The translations under genes and the position numbers were made by a program. DNA of 32,000 bases from Candidatus Electrothrix yaqonensis (lineage in GTDB: Bacteria > Desulfobacterota > Desulfobulbia > Desulfobulbales > Desulfobulbaceae), in contig CP178758.1 in assembly GCA_047651235.1 (NCBI GenBank), forward strand, positions 1,380,001 through 1,412,000. The letters run 5' to 3'. Below are positions 23,435 through 32,000 of this stretch, piece after piece (within the stretch, counting starts at the first letter, position 1; the number at the start of each line of letters is the position of its first letter). The notes beneath the pieces are model-generated. The model was not told the DNA's origin. It ran no database searches and saw only the letters and a program-made list of their open reading frames with translations.

Positions 23435-24382
23435 TCAGCCCGCTTCTCCGGCAGCAAGAGCAGCCAGCCAGCAGAACAGAATCAGGAGCAGAGAAAACGC
23501 GAACAGTACCTGCTGAAGCCCTTTTCTGGCACCAGAGGAATCAAGGTCAGTCAGCCGGAGCAGAAACCCGAACAGCAGACCGCTGCCCAGACCGAACAGA
23601 TGGGCACCGAGGTCGGTGCGCTCACCGCTGCTGCCGAGCATGGCCAGCAGGCCGATCCCTGCTCCCAAAGGAAGCAGGAGCTGTCTGACCAGCGAGGAGG
23701 CCCGCCCGGTCAGCTGGCGTCCGCAGAGTATCCCGATAGCGGCAAAAACAGCCGTGGAAAAGCCCACAGAATAATGGGGTGCATCACGCAGGATGATGTT
23801 CAGCAGATTGCCGAACATAGCGGAAAACAGCAGCACGAACCAGCCAATGCCGTACCCCACGGTTGTACAGAGCAGATGCACAATGAATCCGCCGATAACA
23901 CAGTTGCCGACCAGATGCATCTGATCGGCATGCAGGGTCAGGGCGGTGAGCAGCCGCCACCACTCTCCATGCTCCAGAATCGCTCTGCTGTCAACCGCAC
24001 CGGCCAGAAACCAGGGATTATCAGACAGCCACGGACCAGTGTTCCGGTACCAGAGGATCAGGCAGATGAACATCGGCAGGGTGGTCGGCGGCCCGGTGGA
24101 GCGCATTGCAGGCCGGACAGCAGCAGGAGGCGGAGGCCAGCTGCTGTTTTCTTCCCGAAAGCTCTGCAGCTCGGACATGGCCTGCGCAGCATCCCTTTGC
24201 CGGGTGAAAATTGCACCGGCAGCACGGTTCACCTGATGGTCGATTCCAAGCGCGCTGAGCACCAGAGAGTAATCAGCAAGAGCCGCACGACCTGCCTTTG
24301 CCGCCATGACCCATCGATTTTTTCCCATCCCCTGGTCAATCGATACTGCGGAACTCTGCCGGTGTCCGGCCCTGTCAGTCAT
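23435..24382 (-). CDS. rhomboid family intramembrane serine protease
   Basis: WWRLLTALTLHADQMHLVGN, GFSTAVFAAIG (catalytic Ser region) and AHLFGLGSGLLFG (catalytic His). The start is set to the first ATG that does not overlap sucD, so it is uncertain. Confidence 0.8.
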   Translation of the reverse strand: MTDRAGHRQSSAVSIDQGMGKNRWVMAAKAGRAALADYSLVLSALGIDHQVNRAAGAIFTRQRDAAQAMSELQSFREENSSWPPPPAAVRPAMRSTGPPTTLPMFICLILWYRNTGPWLSDNPWFLAGAVDSRAILEHGEWWRLLTALTLHADQMHLVGNCVIGGFIVHLLCTTVGYGIGWFVLLFSAMFGNLLNIILRDAPHYSVGFSTAVFAAIGILCGRQLTGRASSLVRQLLLPLGAGIGLLAMLGSSGERTDLGAHLFGLGSGLLFGFLLRLTDLDSSGARKGLQQVLFAFSLLLILFCWLAALAAGEAG

Positions 24383-24404
24383 GATTGAGGATTGAGTTTT
24401 GACT

Positions 24405-25277
24405 TCAGGCGGAAAAAACATCAGCACAGAAGCTGCCGAATCGGCCGAGTTCTTGGCAGACATACACCCCTGCCTGACGCAGAGCTTCAATTTTGGCTGC
24501 TGCTCCGCCCCGCGAACCGGCGACAATGGCCCCGGCATGCCCCATCCGCCGTCCCGGAGGAGCGCTCAGACCGGCGATAAATGCGGCTACCGGCTTATCA
24601 ACTCTTTCCCGGATAAAAGCAGCAGCCTCTTCTTCGGCAGTGCCGCCGATCTCACCCAGCAGGACAATACCGGTTGTCTGTTCATCCTCGGCAAAAGCGG
24701 CAAGGCAGTCGATAAAACCGGTTCCGATGATCGGGTCACCGCCGATGCCGATGCAGGTTGACTGGCCCAGCCCGACATCGCTCAGTTGCCGCACCACCTC
24801 ATAGGTCAGGGTGCCGGAACGGGAAACGACCCCGATCGAACCGGGAGTATGAATCCGACCGGGCATAATGCCAATTTTGCAGGCCACCGGCGTGATAATA
24901 CCAGGGCAGTTCGGGCCGATCAGGCGGACAGAGGCTCCCTGCAGGTATGTCCGCACCCGCAGCATATCATGCACTGGAATGCCTTCTGTGATACAGACGA
25001 TCAGGGTAATACCGGCGTCTGCCGCCCCAAGCACCGCATCTGCGGCAAAGGGCGGAGGAACAAAAATCATGGTGGCATCAGCACCGGTTTCCTGCACAGC
25101 ATCCCGCATTGTGTTGAACACCGGCACCCCGGCCACCTTCTGACCGTCTTTCCCCGGTGTCACCCCGGCGACCACACGGGTGCCGTATTCCAGGCACTGC
25201 CGGGTATGAAACCTTCCCTCATTGCCGGTAATTCCCTGAACAAGCACGCGGGTATCCCGGTTGATAAAAACACTCAT
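24405..25277 (-). CDS. sucD: succinyl-CoA synthetase alpha subunit
   Basis: 290 aa. [24 protein letters not shown] and MGHAGAIV (catalytic His loop). Confidence 0.93.
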   Translation of the reverse strand: MSVFINRDTRVLVQGITGNEGRFHTRQCLEYGTRVVAGVTPGKDGQKVAGVPVFNTMRDAVQETGADATMIFVPPPFAADAVLGAADAGITLIVCITEGIPVHDMLRVRTYLQGASVRLIGPNCPGIITPVACKIGIMPGRIHTPGSIGVVSRSGTLTYEVVRQLSDVGLGQSTCIGIGGDPIIGTGFIDCLAAFAEDEQTTGIVLLGEIGGTAEEEAAAFIRERVDKPVAAFIAGLSAPPGRRMGHAGAIVAGSRGGAAAKIEALRQAGVYVCQELGRFGSFCADVFSA

Positions 25278-26455
25278 CGCTGCAGATTCTCTCCTTGCTT
25301 CAGCGTGAGTTTTCTGATTTTCTCCACCGCATCCTCAAGATTCTCTGCCATGATTAGATCAAGTTCGGAGTCGACCAGAATTTTTCTGCCTTCGAGAGCA
25401 TTGGTGCCTTCCATGCGGACAATAACAGGAATCCGGACGCCGATCTTTCTGGCCGCCTGCACGACTCCGGCAGCCAGGATATTGCAGCGCAGGATGCCGC
25501 CGAAAATATTGATCAGGATTGCCCTGACCTGCGGGTCTGAAAGCAGAATCCGAAAGCCGTTGGCAATTTTCTCCTGATCAGCACCACCGCCCACATCGAG
25601 AAAATTCGCCGGTTCAGCCCCGGCCTGGCGGATGATGTCCATGCTGGCCATGGCCAGTCCGGCACCATTGACCATTGTCCCGACGCTGCCCTGCAGGCGG
25701 ATGTACTTCAATCCGTACTGTGCCGCCTCGGTCTCCAACGGATCATCCGCAGAACTATCATACACGGCCGCCAATTCCTGCTGCCGAAACAGGGCATTGG
25801 AATCAACCTCGGCCTTGGCATCGATAAGACAAAACTGACCGTCCGTTGTCAACCCCAGGGGATTAATCTCAGCCAGCAGCAAATCATTTTCCACAACCGC
25901 TCTGTACAGCCCGGTAAGCAGATGGCAGAAGGGGGTAAAAACAGAATCGGTCAGACCGAGAGCAAAGGCAACCCTGCGCTGCTGATGGTCCTGCAGACCG
26001 AGCAGGGGATTGATCTGGACTTGAATAATTTTTTCCGAACAGGCAGAGGCCACCTCCTCAATATCCATACCGCCTTCTGCAGAGGCAATAAGCAGCAGGG
26101 AAGCCGTAGACCGATCCGGTAGAATGGAGAGATAAAATTCCCGATCAATATTGATCTTCTGTTCCAGCAGCAGAGCAAAAACCTGGATGCCGCGCCCACC
26201 GGTCTGGGCGGTATGCAGCGTTGTGCCGAGGAGTTCATCAACAGCTCTGCGGGCTTCAGTCATGTCTTCGACAATACGGACGCCCCCGGCTTTTCCGCGA
26301 CCGCCGCTGTGTACCTGCGCCTTGACAACAACAGGAAAACCGTACCGGACAACATGCTCCATCGCCTCTTCCGGCGTTTCTGCAGGTCGTCCCTGGGGCA
26401 CAGGCAAACCGTAGCGGCTGAAAAGCTCTTTGGCCTGATATTCATGCAGCTTCAT
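25274..26455 (-). CDS. sucC: succinyl-CoA synthetase beta subunit (ADP-forming)
   Basis: 393 aa. [23 protein letters not shown]-grasp region, ..NIFGGILRC... 4-nt overlap with sucD. Confidence 0.93.
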   Translation of the reverse strand: MKLHEYQAKELFSRYGLPVPQGRPAETPEEAMEHVVRYGFPVVVKAQVHSGGRGKAGGVRIVEDMTEARRAVDELLGTTLHTAQTGGRGIQVFALLLEQKINIDREFYLSILPDRSTASLLLIASAEGGMDIEEVASACSEKIIQVQINPLLGLQDHQQRRVAFALGLTDSVFTPFCHLLTGLYRAVVENDLLLAEINPLGLTTDGQFCLIDAKAEVDSNALFRQQELAAVYDSSADDPLETEAAQYGLKYIRLQGSVGTMVNGAGLAMASMDIIRQAGAEPANFLDVGGGADQEKIANGFRILLSDPQVRAILINIFGGILRCNILAAGVVQAARKIGVRIPVIVRMEGTNALEGRKILVDSELDLIMAENLEDAVEKIRKLTLKQGENLQR

Positions 26456-26562
26456 GCGGTTCTTTCTCTTCCTTCCAAAACCTGTCCGGTCGAAATTATC
26501 CCGGCACGACCGCTGTGATAAGCTGCAGACCTCAGTCGGGACCTACTGGCGCCGACCTCTTG

Positions 26563-27234
26563 TCAGATACTGCTCATCTGCGCGATAAACGTATTGGACT
26601 CGTCGATGGCCGCGTTCATTTTCCGGATAAGCAGATCAATATCCTTTTCAAGGCCGGAAAATTCCGCCTGCAGGGAGCCGATCGCCTGGGCATTCAGGTT
26701 ATGTTTAAGAAACAGAACATTATCACGAAAGGTCCGCAGAACCGGTTCCATACTTCTTTCCGCTGTCCGCATGGTCTTCAGCATCTTCCGATAACGGGAT
26801 TTGGTTTTCCTGAGCTGCTGCTTACTGATCGCCCGGAACTCCCTGTTCTGATACAGTTCAAGTTCCTCTTCCCATTCCTCAAACAGAGCTTCAGAAACCT
26901 TTTCCACCTTGTCTATCCGTTCAGAAACATCTTCACTTGCCTGTTCGCAGTCAAGATATTCCGTATTGAACTTGTCATATGCCTTTTTAAGATCAGTCTC
27001 TTTCAGCTGCACCACCGAGGCAAACTGCTCCAGAGCGGATTTAAACTGTTCCTGCGCCTCTGTCTGTGCATCTCTGGCTCCTTCAACCCGATCAACAAGG
27101 ATATCACGCTTGTGAATCCCTATCTTCTCCAGAGCAGAGTAATACGTGTTGGAACAGCCGGTAACGATGCTGAAGAAAAAAACGATAAAAAGCAGAGCAG
27201 TGAACCCGGCAGACAGCTGTCGAGCAGCGCGCAT
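26563..27234 (-). CDS. DUF2959-family lipoprotein
   Basis: Start moved to MRAARQ.., with GGAGGA upstream. Lipobox IVTGC. YYSALEKIGIHKRDILVDRVE..AQEQFKSALEQF..FLKHNLNAQAIGSLQAEF matches DUF2959 as I remember it. Confidence 0.7.
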   Translation of the reverse strand: MRAARQLSAGFTALLFIVFFFSIVTGCSNTYYSALEKIGIHKRDILVDRVEGARDAQTEAQEQFKSALEQFASVVQLKETDLKKAYDKFNTEYLDCEQASEDVSERIDKVEKVSEALFEEWEEELELYQNREFRAISKQQLRKTKSRYRKMLKTMRTAERSMEPVLRTFRDNVLFLKHNLNAQAIGSLQAEFSGLEKDIDLLIRKMNAAIDESNTFIAQMSSI

Positions 27235-27357
27235 TTTTTCCTCCGTTGATTCTGTTGAGCTGAATTTGGGCTGAAATCCAAAGCCATCAAAAAGGCGGAC
27301 AGATAAGCTGTCGCTCATCATGCCCGCCTGCGGAAAGAAAGGAAAAGTTCTGCTGTA

Positions 27358-28689
27358 TCAGAAGCGGAAGCGTAATCCTATGCCAAATCGTCCGTATTCT
27401 GACAGCGCATCTGTCTCATCAAGTGCTGAACGTGCCTCCAGAAAGAGCGAGGTGTTGAAGCCGTCCTGTGATCCGGAGATCTGCGTTCCGATCTGTGCGA
27501 TGATATCCACATCACTGTCTTCTGTTTCAACACCAACCTCGCCGTCGGTCATCCAAGTACCGAGTCCGAAACCGAGGAAAACCGGTCTCCAGTCTTCTCC
27601 GACCCGCAGGAAGAACATGTTGTACTGAGTCAGGAAATCAATAATGAAGGCATTATAGCCGTCATCTCCGTCCACTTTTGAAGCTCCTCCCGCCATAACG
27701 AGGAAAGAAAGGCGCTGATGGAGTGCATACTCCACGCCGAGCCGACCGAAACCGTAATCAGCAGGATCGGATTGACGCCAATATCCAAGGTCCGCAACAA
27801 AACGGATCGGATATTTACAGGGCGGACAGCACTTGGGTACCTCCACCTCCTGAATAACCGGCACCTCAACTTTCTGAACAACCGGTTTTTCTACGATCCT
27901 AGTTACCGGTACCTCAACCCGTTCAACAACCGTCTTTTCGACAATCTTCGGTACCTCAACTTCTCTGATAACCTCTTTTTCGACGATCTTCGGCACCTCG
28001 ACCTCTTTTACAACCGTCTGCACCGGGCCGGGAACGTTAACCGGGACTTTTACTTCTTTCACGACTGTCTGCACCGGGCCGGGAACGTTAACCGGAACTC
28101 TTACTTCTTTAACAACCTCTTTTTCGACAATCTGCGGCACCTTGACCTCTTTGACGACTGTCTGTACCGGGCCGGGAACTTCCACCTCTTTAATCTGTAC
28201 CGGACCGGGGACTTCCACAACAACAATACGGGCAGCCTCTTTCAGCGCTATATTGCCGCAGAAAAGAGGTACAGCAAAGGTATACCGTTTTTCCCCTACA
28301 TCAATAGAAAACTCGTAACCGCTCAGAGGAGCATCGCCACCCCAAGTAATATCTTGGGCAGCACGAACTTCTCCGACACCATTGGGCTTGAACAGCATCC
28401 AGTTAAAGAACTGTCCCGGCTCATACTCGACATTCTGAATTTCAGCCTGGGGAAACTGCTGCATCAGCGGTTCATACAGTTCAGGATAACCGGCCTTTTC
28501 CAGGCCAATCATGATATCTTCCTGCATAACCTGCATCATGTCCTGAAGCTCAGCGACTGATTGTAACGGGGGCTGATAAAACGGATGCCGCCCGATTACT
28601 GTCAGTGTGCTTGCAGCCTGAGCAACGCAAACTGACAGCAACAACAGTAAAGTTGCCTGCAACAAAATTCTACGTTTCACTGTGTTCAT
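27358..28689 (-). CDS. outer-membrane protein: N-terminal globular domain, (E/K)V-x-VP repeat rod, C-terminal small beta-barrel
   Basis: 443 aa. Signal peptide ..SVCVAQA. About 130 aa of EVPGPVQTVVKEVKVP / EVPKIVEKEV repeats, then CCPPC, then about 160 aa of alternating hydrophobic strands ending in GIGLRFRF (BAM-type terminal Phe). GAGGAGG RBS. Confidence 0.6.
   Translation of the reverse strand: MNTVKRRILLQATLLLLLSVCVAQAASTLTVIGRHPFYQPPLQSVAELQDMMQVMQEDIMIGLEKAGYPELYEPLMQQFPQAEIQNVEYEPGQFFNWMLFKPNGVGEVRAAQDITWGGDAPLSGYEFSIDVGEKRYTFAVPLFCGNIALKEAARIVVVEVPGPVQIKEVEVPGPVQTVVKEVKVPQIVEKEVVKEVRVPVNVPGPVQTVVKEVKVPVNVPGPVQTVVKEVEVPKIVEKEVIREVEVPKIVEKTVVERVEVPVTRIVEKPVVQKVEVPVIQEVEVPKCCPPCKYPIRFVADLGYWRQSDPADYGFGRLGVEYALHQRLSFLVMAGGASKVDGDDGYNAFIIDFLTQYNMFFLRVGEDWRPVFLGFGLGTWMTDGEVGVETEDSDVDIIAQIGTQISGSQDGFNTSLFLEARSALDETDALSEYGRFGIGLRFRF
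27840..28210. repeat. tandem/degenerate coding repeats, including a 51-bp duplication
   Basis: 28016-28066 and 28067-28117 are identical at 46 of 51 positions. Shorter related units (GTACCGGGCCGGGAAC..) flank them. Confidence 0.75.
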
Positions 28690-28963
28690 CCTCCTCTTAA
28701 TCTTTTGGTATGAAATTTTTTAAACGGGCTGACATATTCCCGATCCACCACTTTATCAGCGTTTTCATCGCCTTGTCGGCAGTTCCGGATTCCCCCGATC
28801 CGGCAGAAAACCTGCTTAGGATACCATCACAATACTCCATATAGCGAATTGTTACAACGGTCTTTACATACCGGAAGTAAAAAAAACTTGCCATTGATCC
28901 GATGAGAAAGTATCTGAAAAAGTATCCGGCACAGTCGCCCGATGCACAATACGACAGGAAAAA

Positions 28964-29680
28964 TCAGAATTTGCAGCTGAGAGAGAGGCTCGCCACAGGA
29001 TAATATTCATATTCATCAATTTCCTCTTCGATAGCCTGTCGTTCCAGCTCGATAAATCCTGCCGCCACCGGATGCCTGCCGATCCCCCAAGAATCCTCAA
29101 CATGCAGTTCCGTAACTTCCGGTGCTCCCTGAAACATTACGCCCAAATCCATATTGATTCCCCAGCGGCCTGCGGAGCCGTGGTTACTTGTCCACCCGAT
29201 CCCCAAATACGGTACAAAACGTTCAAACTCCACCTTGCCGACAACTCTGGCCTGATCAATCAGATCAGCATAACGGCCCAGAACAGGAGAAAGAAGTTCT
29301 TCACGATACGTGCCATTAAGATCGATCTCATTATTGTTCAGATACGCGCCAAGTGTAAATCGGAAGGCATTGCCGAGGGGATGCAGATCAAGAAGCAGAG
29401 AGCCGGTTGAAAAATCCGGTTCAAAGGTGTAGTCAATCTGCGAGATTGTCGTGTCAAAATCAAAGCCGATCTGATTGACTCCGGCACGGACGGCCATAAA
29501 AGGATTGACCTCCAGACCGAGTTCCACTCCGAGCCCGAGTGTGCCTCCTGTAATACCGAGACTGAAAGGCCCGCTCTGCGCGTGAACCGGTGAACTGTAT
29601 GCTGCCAGCAGGCATCCTGCGGCAAATCCAGCAAGCCCTGCAAGCGCTGCCGTATCTGCTTTTTTCATAGTTTTGTTCAT
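28964..29680 (-). CDS. outer-membrane beta-barrel protein (OmpW/OmpA-barrel-like), hypothetical
   Basis: 238 aa. Signal peptide ending in AHA-Q, Gly/aromatic-rich amphipathic strands, C-terminal ..SLSLSCKF. Confidence 0.62.
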   Translation of the reverse strand: MNKTMKKADTAALAGLAGFAAGCLLAAYSSPVHAQSGPFSLGITGGTLGLGVELGLEVNPFMAVRAGVNQIGFDFDTTISQIDYTFEPDFSTGSLLLDLHPLGNAFRFTLGAYLNNNEIDLNGTYREELLSPVLGRYADLIDQARVVGKVEFERFVPYLGIGWTSNHGSAGRWGINMDLGVMFQGAPEVTELHVEDSWGIGRHPVAAGFIELERQAIEEEIDEYEYYPVASLSLSCKF

Positions 29681-29749
29681 TTTTCAGGTAAATCCAATAA
29701 ATCATAAACCTGCAATAATCAGCAAGTACTTTTCTGCGCTTTCACCCTT

Positions 29750-30475
29750 TCACCATACCCGGTTCTGTTCACGTTCGTTCGCACAGAACTCCCGCACCCC
29801 CTTAAAAGTTTTCCGGTGAATCGGACACGGGCCGAATTCGGCAACAGCAGCCCGGTGGGCTTTGGTGGGATAGCCTTTATGCTGCTGAAAATTATATTGG
29901 GGGTACTGCTGATGGTACGCCCTCATCAGCCGGTCACGGGTCACCTTGGCGATGATGGAGGCCGCTGCAATGGAAGCGCTTTTTGATTCGCCCTTGGTCA
30001 GGGTCTGCTGGGGCAGGTCGAGCGGCACGTTGAAGGTGCCATCAACCAAGAGAAAAGCAGGCAGCCCTGAGTCGCAGTCCTCAACCGCCCGCTGCATGGC
30101 AAGCAGCGATGCCTGGAGAACATTTATCCGCTCAATCTCGGCCACCCCGGCAATGCCGACCCCGATAACCGCCCCGGAGTCATGCAGTTGAGTGTAAAGT
30201 GTGTCTCGCCGTACAGCGGTAATTTTTTTGGAATCCCGATAAATGCTGGAATCGCAATCATGAGGAAGGATAACGCACCCGGCTACCACCGGCCCGGCAA
30301 GAGGCCCGCGACCGGCTTCATCAATACCGGCCACAGAGGAAAATCCCTGCTGCCGCAGGCTGCGTTCATAAAAAAAAGAATCCCCGACCGCATCGGACGG
30401 GGATAAAGAAAAAAAAGAGGCGGCAGACTTCGTCGGCATAGAAGAAGAATACAGTGATACAGTGCCTCTTTTCAA
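29750..30475 (-). CDS. rnhB: ribonuclease HII
   Basis: VAGIDEAGRGPLAGPVVAGCVIL, ..DSKK.., ..ASIIAKVTRD... The start may be the internal ATG at 30439. Confidence 0.9.
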   Translation of the reverse strand: MKRGTVSLYSSSMPTKSAASFFSLSPSDAVGDSFFYERSLRQQGFSSVAGIDEAGRGPLAGPVVAGCVILPHDCDSSIYRDSKKITAVRRDTLYTQLHDSGAVIGVGIAGVAEIERINVLQASLLAMQRAVEDCDSGLPAFLLVDGTFNVPLDLPQQTLTKGESKSASIAAASIIAKVTRDRLMRAYHQQYPQYNFQQHKGYPTKAHRAAVAEFGPCPIHRKTFKGVREFCANEREQNRVW

Positions 30476-30483
30476 CCAGACCT

Positions 30484-30840
30484 TTACGCCCGTCTGCGTT
30501 CGCGGATACGGGCTGCTTTACCCCGTCGGTCACGCAGATAGTACAGACGGGAACGCCGCACCCGACCCTGGGAAACAACTTCAATAGTCTCGACACGGGG
30601 AGAATGGAGGGCAAAGGTTTTTTCCACCCCGACGCCGCCGTGAGAAATTTTCCGTACTGTAAAACTGGCATTCATAGCGCCGCGTTTCCGTTTCAGGACA
30701 ACGCCCTGAAAAATCTGAATACGCTCTTTATCTCCCTCAATAATACGGATATGTACTTTCACCGTATCCCCGGGACGAAACTCCGGCAGATCAAACCGCA
30801 TCTGCTCCTGATCTATTGTATCGATAATGCTCATAGCCAT
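30484..30840 (-). CDS. rplS: 50S ribosomal protein L19
   Basis: 118 aa. [48 protein letters not shown]. Confidence 0.95.
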   Translation of the reverse strand: MAMSIIDTIDQEQMRFDLPEFRPGDTVKVHIRIIEGDKERIQIFQGVVLKRKRGAMNASFTVRKISHGGVGVEKTFALHSPRVETIEVVSQGRVRRSRLYYLRDRRGKAARIRERRRA

Positions 30841-30983
30841 AATGTTCTTTTTTCGGGCCGTACAGCAGGGCCCGCTGGATGCCTCCGTCCACCCCTGATT
30901 CTATCTCAATATAAATAATTATCTGTTTTTTTCCATAGCACTGCTGCTCTTATGAGCTGCAGTAAGATATACTGCCCGTCCGG

Positions 30984-31559
30984 TCAAACCGCAGCTTCAC
31001 GGTTACCGAACAGCCGGTCCAGCAGGATGGATGCTGCTGAACGTACTGAAAGATGATTGAATGCTCCCGCCCCTTTTATCGGCGGCAGAACTGCATCGAC
31101 CTGCTCCATAATCTCAGGTGCCAGCCCCCAGGCAGTGCCTAACAGCAGGAGCACTGGATTTTTTTCCTGCAGAGTATGCCGCAACTCGGTATAACTGATC
31201 TCGTTCTGCTGCTGTCCGGCACTGGTGGCAACCAGGAGGGGCCTGCGTCCATGCTGCCGGGTCATCTCCGTAATGACCTGCTGCAGGTCCTGCCTGATTT
31301 GAATAATAGACAAGGCCTCGGCCCGGTCCGAATTCGCTCTGCCGCCGTACCCTTCTGTCCAATGGCCGACAATCTCGGCGGTCAGTTCCTGCTGCTGTTC
31401 GTACGGCGTGACCACCCAGTACGTGCCCACGCCAAAGGTCTTCCCGGCCCGGGCAATATCGTGCAGATCCAGATTGGTCACGGCAGAACCGATAACTTCG
31501 CCGTTCCGATTGACCACCGGATAGTGGATCAGGACGATATCACAACGGAAAGACTCCAT
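30984..31559 (-). CDS. predicted SAM-dependent RNA methyltransferase (SPOUT-like, Methyltrn_RNA_4/DUF2168-like)
   Basis: 191 aa between trmD and rplS. IVLIHYPVVNRNGEVIGSAVTNLDLHDIARA... The family call is from memory of this conserved neighbourhood. Confidence 0.5.
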   Translation of the reverse strand: MESFRCDIVLIHYPVVNRNGEVIGSAVTNLDLHDIARAGKTFGVGTYWVVTPYEQQQELTAEIVGHWTEGYGGRANSDRAEALSIIQIRQDLQQVITEMTRQHGRRPLLVATSAGQQQNEISYTELRHTLQEKNPVLLLLGTAWGLAPEIMEQVDAVLPPIKGAGAFNHLSVRSAASILLDRLFGNREAAV

Positions 31560-31568
31560 TCCGAGGTC

Positions 31569-32000
31569 TTAGCAGGGATCATCGACCGTACCGGCGGTCT
31601 GCTGCCGTACGTGTGCAGTCTGTTCAATCTGTGCAGACAGTCCGGCTTGGCGCAGCTGCTTCATCTCAGCCGGGGAAAACTCCACGGTGCGCAAGAGGTC
31701 AGGACGTCTGCGCAGGGTTTCCCGTACCGAGTCAAGAAAACGGTATTCCTCAATCCGGGCATGATCACCGTTCAGCAGGACTTCCGGCACGGAAATTCCG
31801 GCAAACTCACGCGGTCGGGTATACTGGCCGTGTTTCAGCAGCCCCCGGCTGAAGGTATCTCTGGCAGCTGAATCCGCACAGCCCAGCACACCGGGCAGTA
31901 ACCTAGTCACGGAATCCACCAGCACCATTGCCGCCAGCTCGCCGCCGGTCAGGATGTAATCCCCGATGGACAACTCTTCGTCCACGTATAGCTGGCAGAA
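31569..32000 (-). CDS. trmD: tRNA (guanine37-N1)-methyltransferase, 5' end beyond the window
   Basis: ..EELSIGDYILTGGELAAMVLVDSVTRLLPGVLG..SF..GLL..PQYTRP..F.G..VPEVLLNGDHA.I. The ORF is open to the window edge. Confidence 0.9.
   Translation of the reverse strand, partial: FCQLYVDEELSIGDYILTGGELAAMVLVDSVTRLLPGVLGCADSAARDTFSRGLLKHGQYTRPREFAGISVPEVLLNGDHARIEEYRFLDSVRETLRRRPDLLRTVEFSPAEMKQLRQAGLSAQIEQTAHVRQQTAGTVDDPC

Noticed and set aside
24383-24538. An upstream extension of the rhomboid ORF that would overlap the sucD 3' end by 134 nt.
   Set aside because: The extension has no rhomboid-like sequence and overlaps a well-supported gene. The first non-overlapping ATG (24382) was used, although its RBS is weak.
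28697-28894. A 65-aa ORF just upstream of the repeat-rod OMP gene, considered as a possible leader or partner peptide.
   Set aside because: It has no RBS and no signal or TM features, and it lies in what is more simply the promoter/5'-UTR region.
1-32000. A scan of intergenic regions for tRNA, rRNA and CRISPR arrays.
   Set aside because: No T-arm or cloverleaf-like segments and no rRNA-like sequence were found. The only short regularly spaced repeats are the coding 51-bp units in the OMP gene and the 87-bp units described above.

Overview
About 50% GC chromosomal DNA from a Gram-negative bacterium. The Gram-negative call rests on lipobox lipoproteins, beta-barrel proteins ending in Phe, and HflKC; I cannot fix the lineage from this window. 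Most genes lie on the minus strand.

Housekeeping blocks:
- Heme/siroheme cluster (sirC-like, ccsA/hemX-like, hemA), a SAM methyltransferase, a small secreted protein and a TlpA-type thiol-disulfide oxidoreductase (1-4.5 kb).
- A plus-strand three-gene unit: small TM protein, double zinc-ribbon protein, VOC/glyoxalase protein (4.9-6.3 kb).
- A partial dcw cluster: rsmH, ftsL, ftsI-like, fused murE-murF (11.7-18.3 kb).
- A META-domain lipoprotein.
- hflK, hflC, cobU, a rhomboid protease, and sucC-sucD.
- A DUF2959 lipoprotein followed by two outer-membrane barrel proteins.
- rnhB, rplS, a SPOUT-like RNA methyltransferase and trmD, which is cut by the window end.

Accessory, decaying segment (6.4-11.5 kb):
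- Three direct copies of an 87-bp unit (the 3' end of a gene) separate a vapBC-like module and a Uma2 nuclease gene into cassette-like units.
- vapC is interrupted by a 99-bp palindromic insertion flanked by a 6-bp direct repeat.
- An AT-rich patch carries a Cys-rich secreted ORF.
- A NACHT/STAND NTPase gene is split by a 1360-bp IS with 23-bp inverted repeats and a 9-bp target duplication. It is also frameshifted and 3'-truncated.
- A second IS remnant (IS4 family, YREK motif) with a 156-bp MITE-like derivative lies at 19.6-20.6 kb.

Most notable observations:
- The 87-bp-repeat cassette array.
- An FtsI-family protein in the canonical dcw position with all three transpeptidase motifs replaced, plus a PASTA-like C-terminus.
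- A MurE-MurF fusion.
- A dcw cluster that stops after murF.
- An outer-membrane protein with an (E/K)V-x-VP repeat rod.

No rRNA, tRNA or CRISPR array was recognised. All calls rest on reading the sequence and ORF translations by eye; no searches were run.
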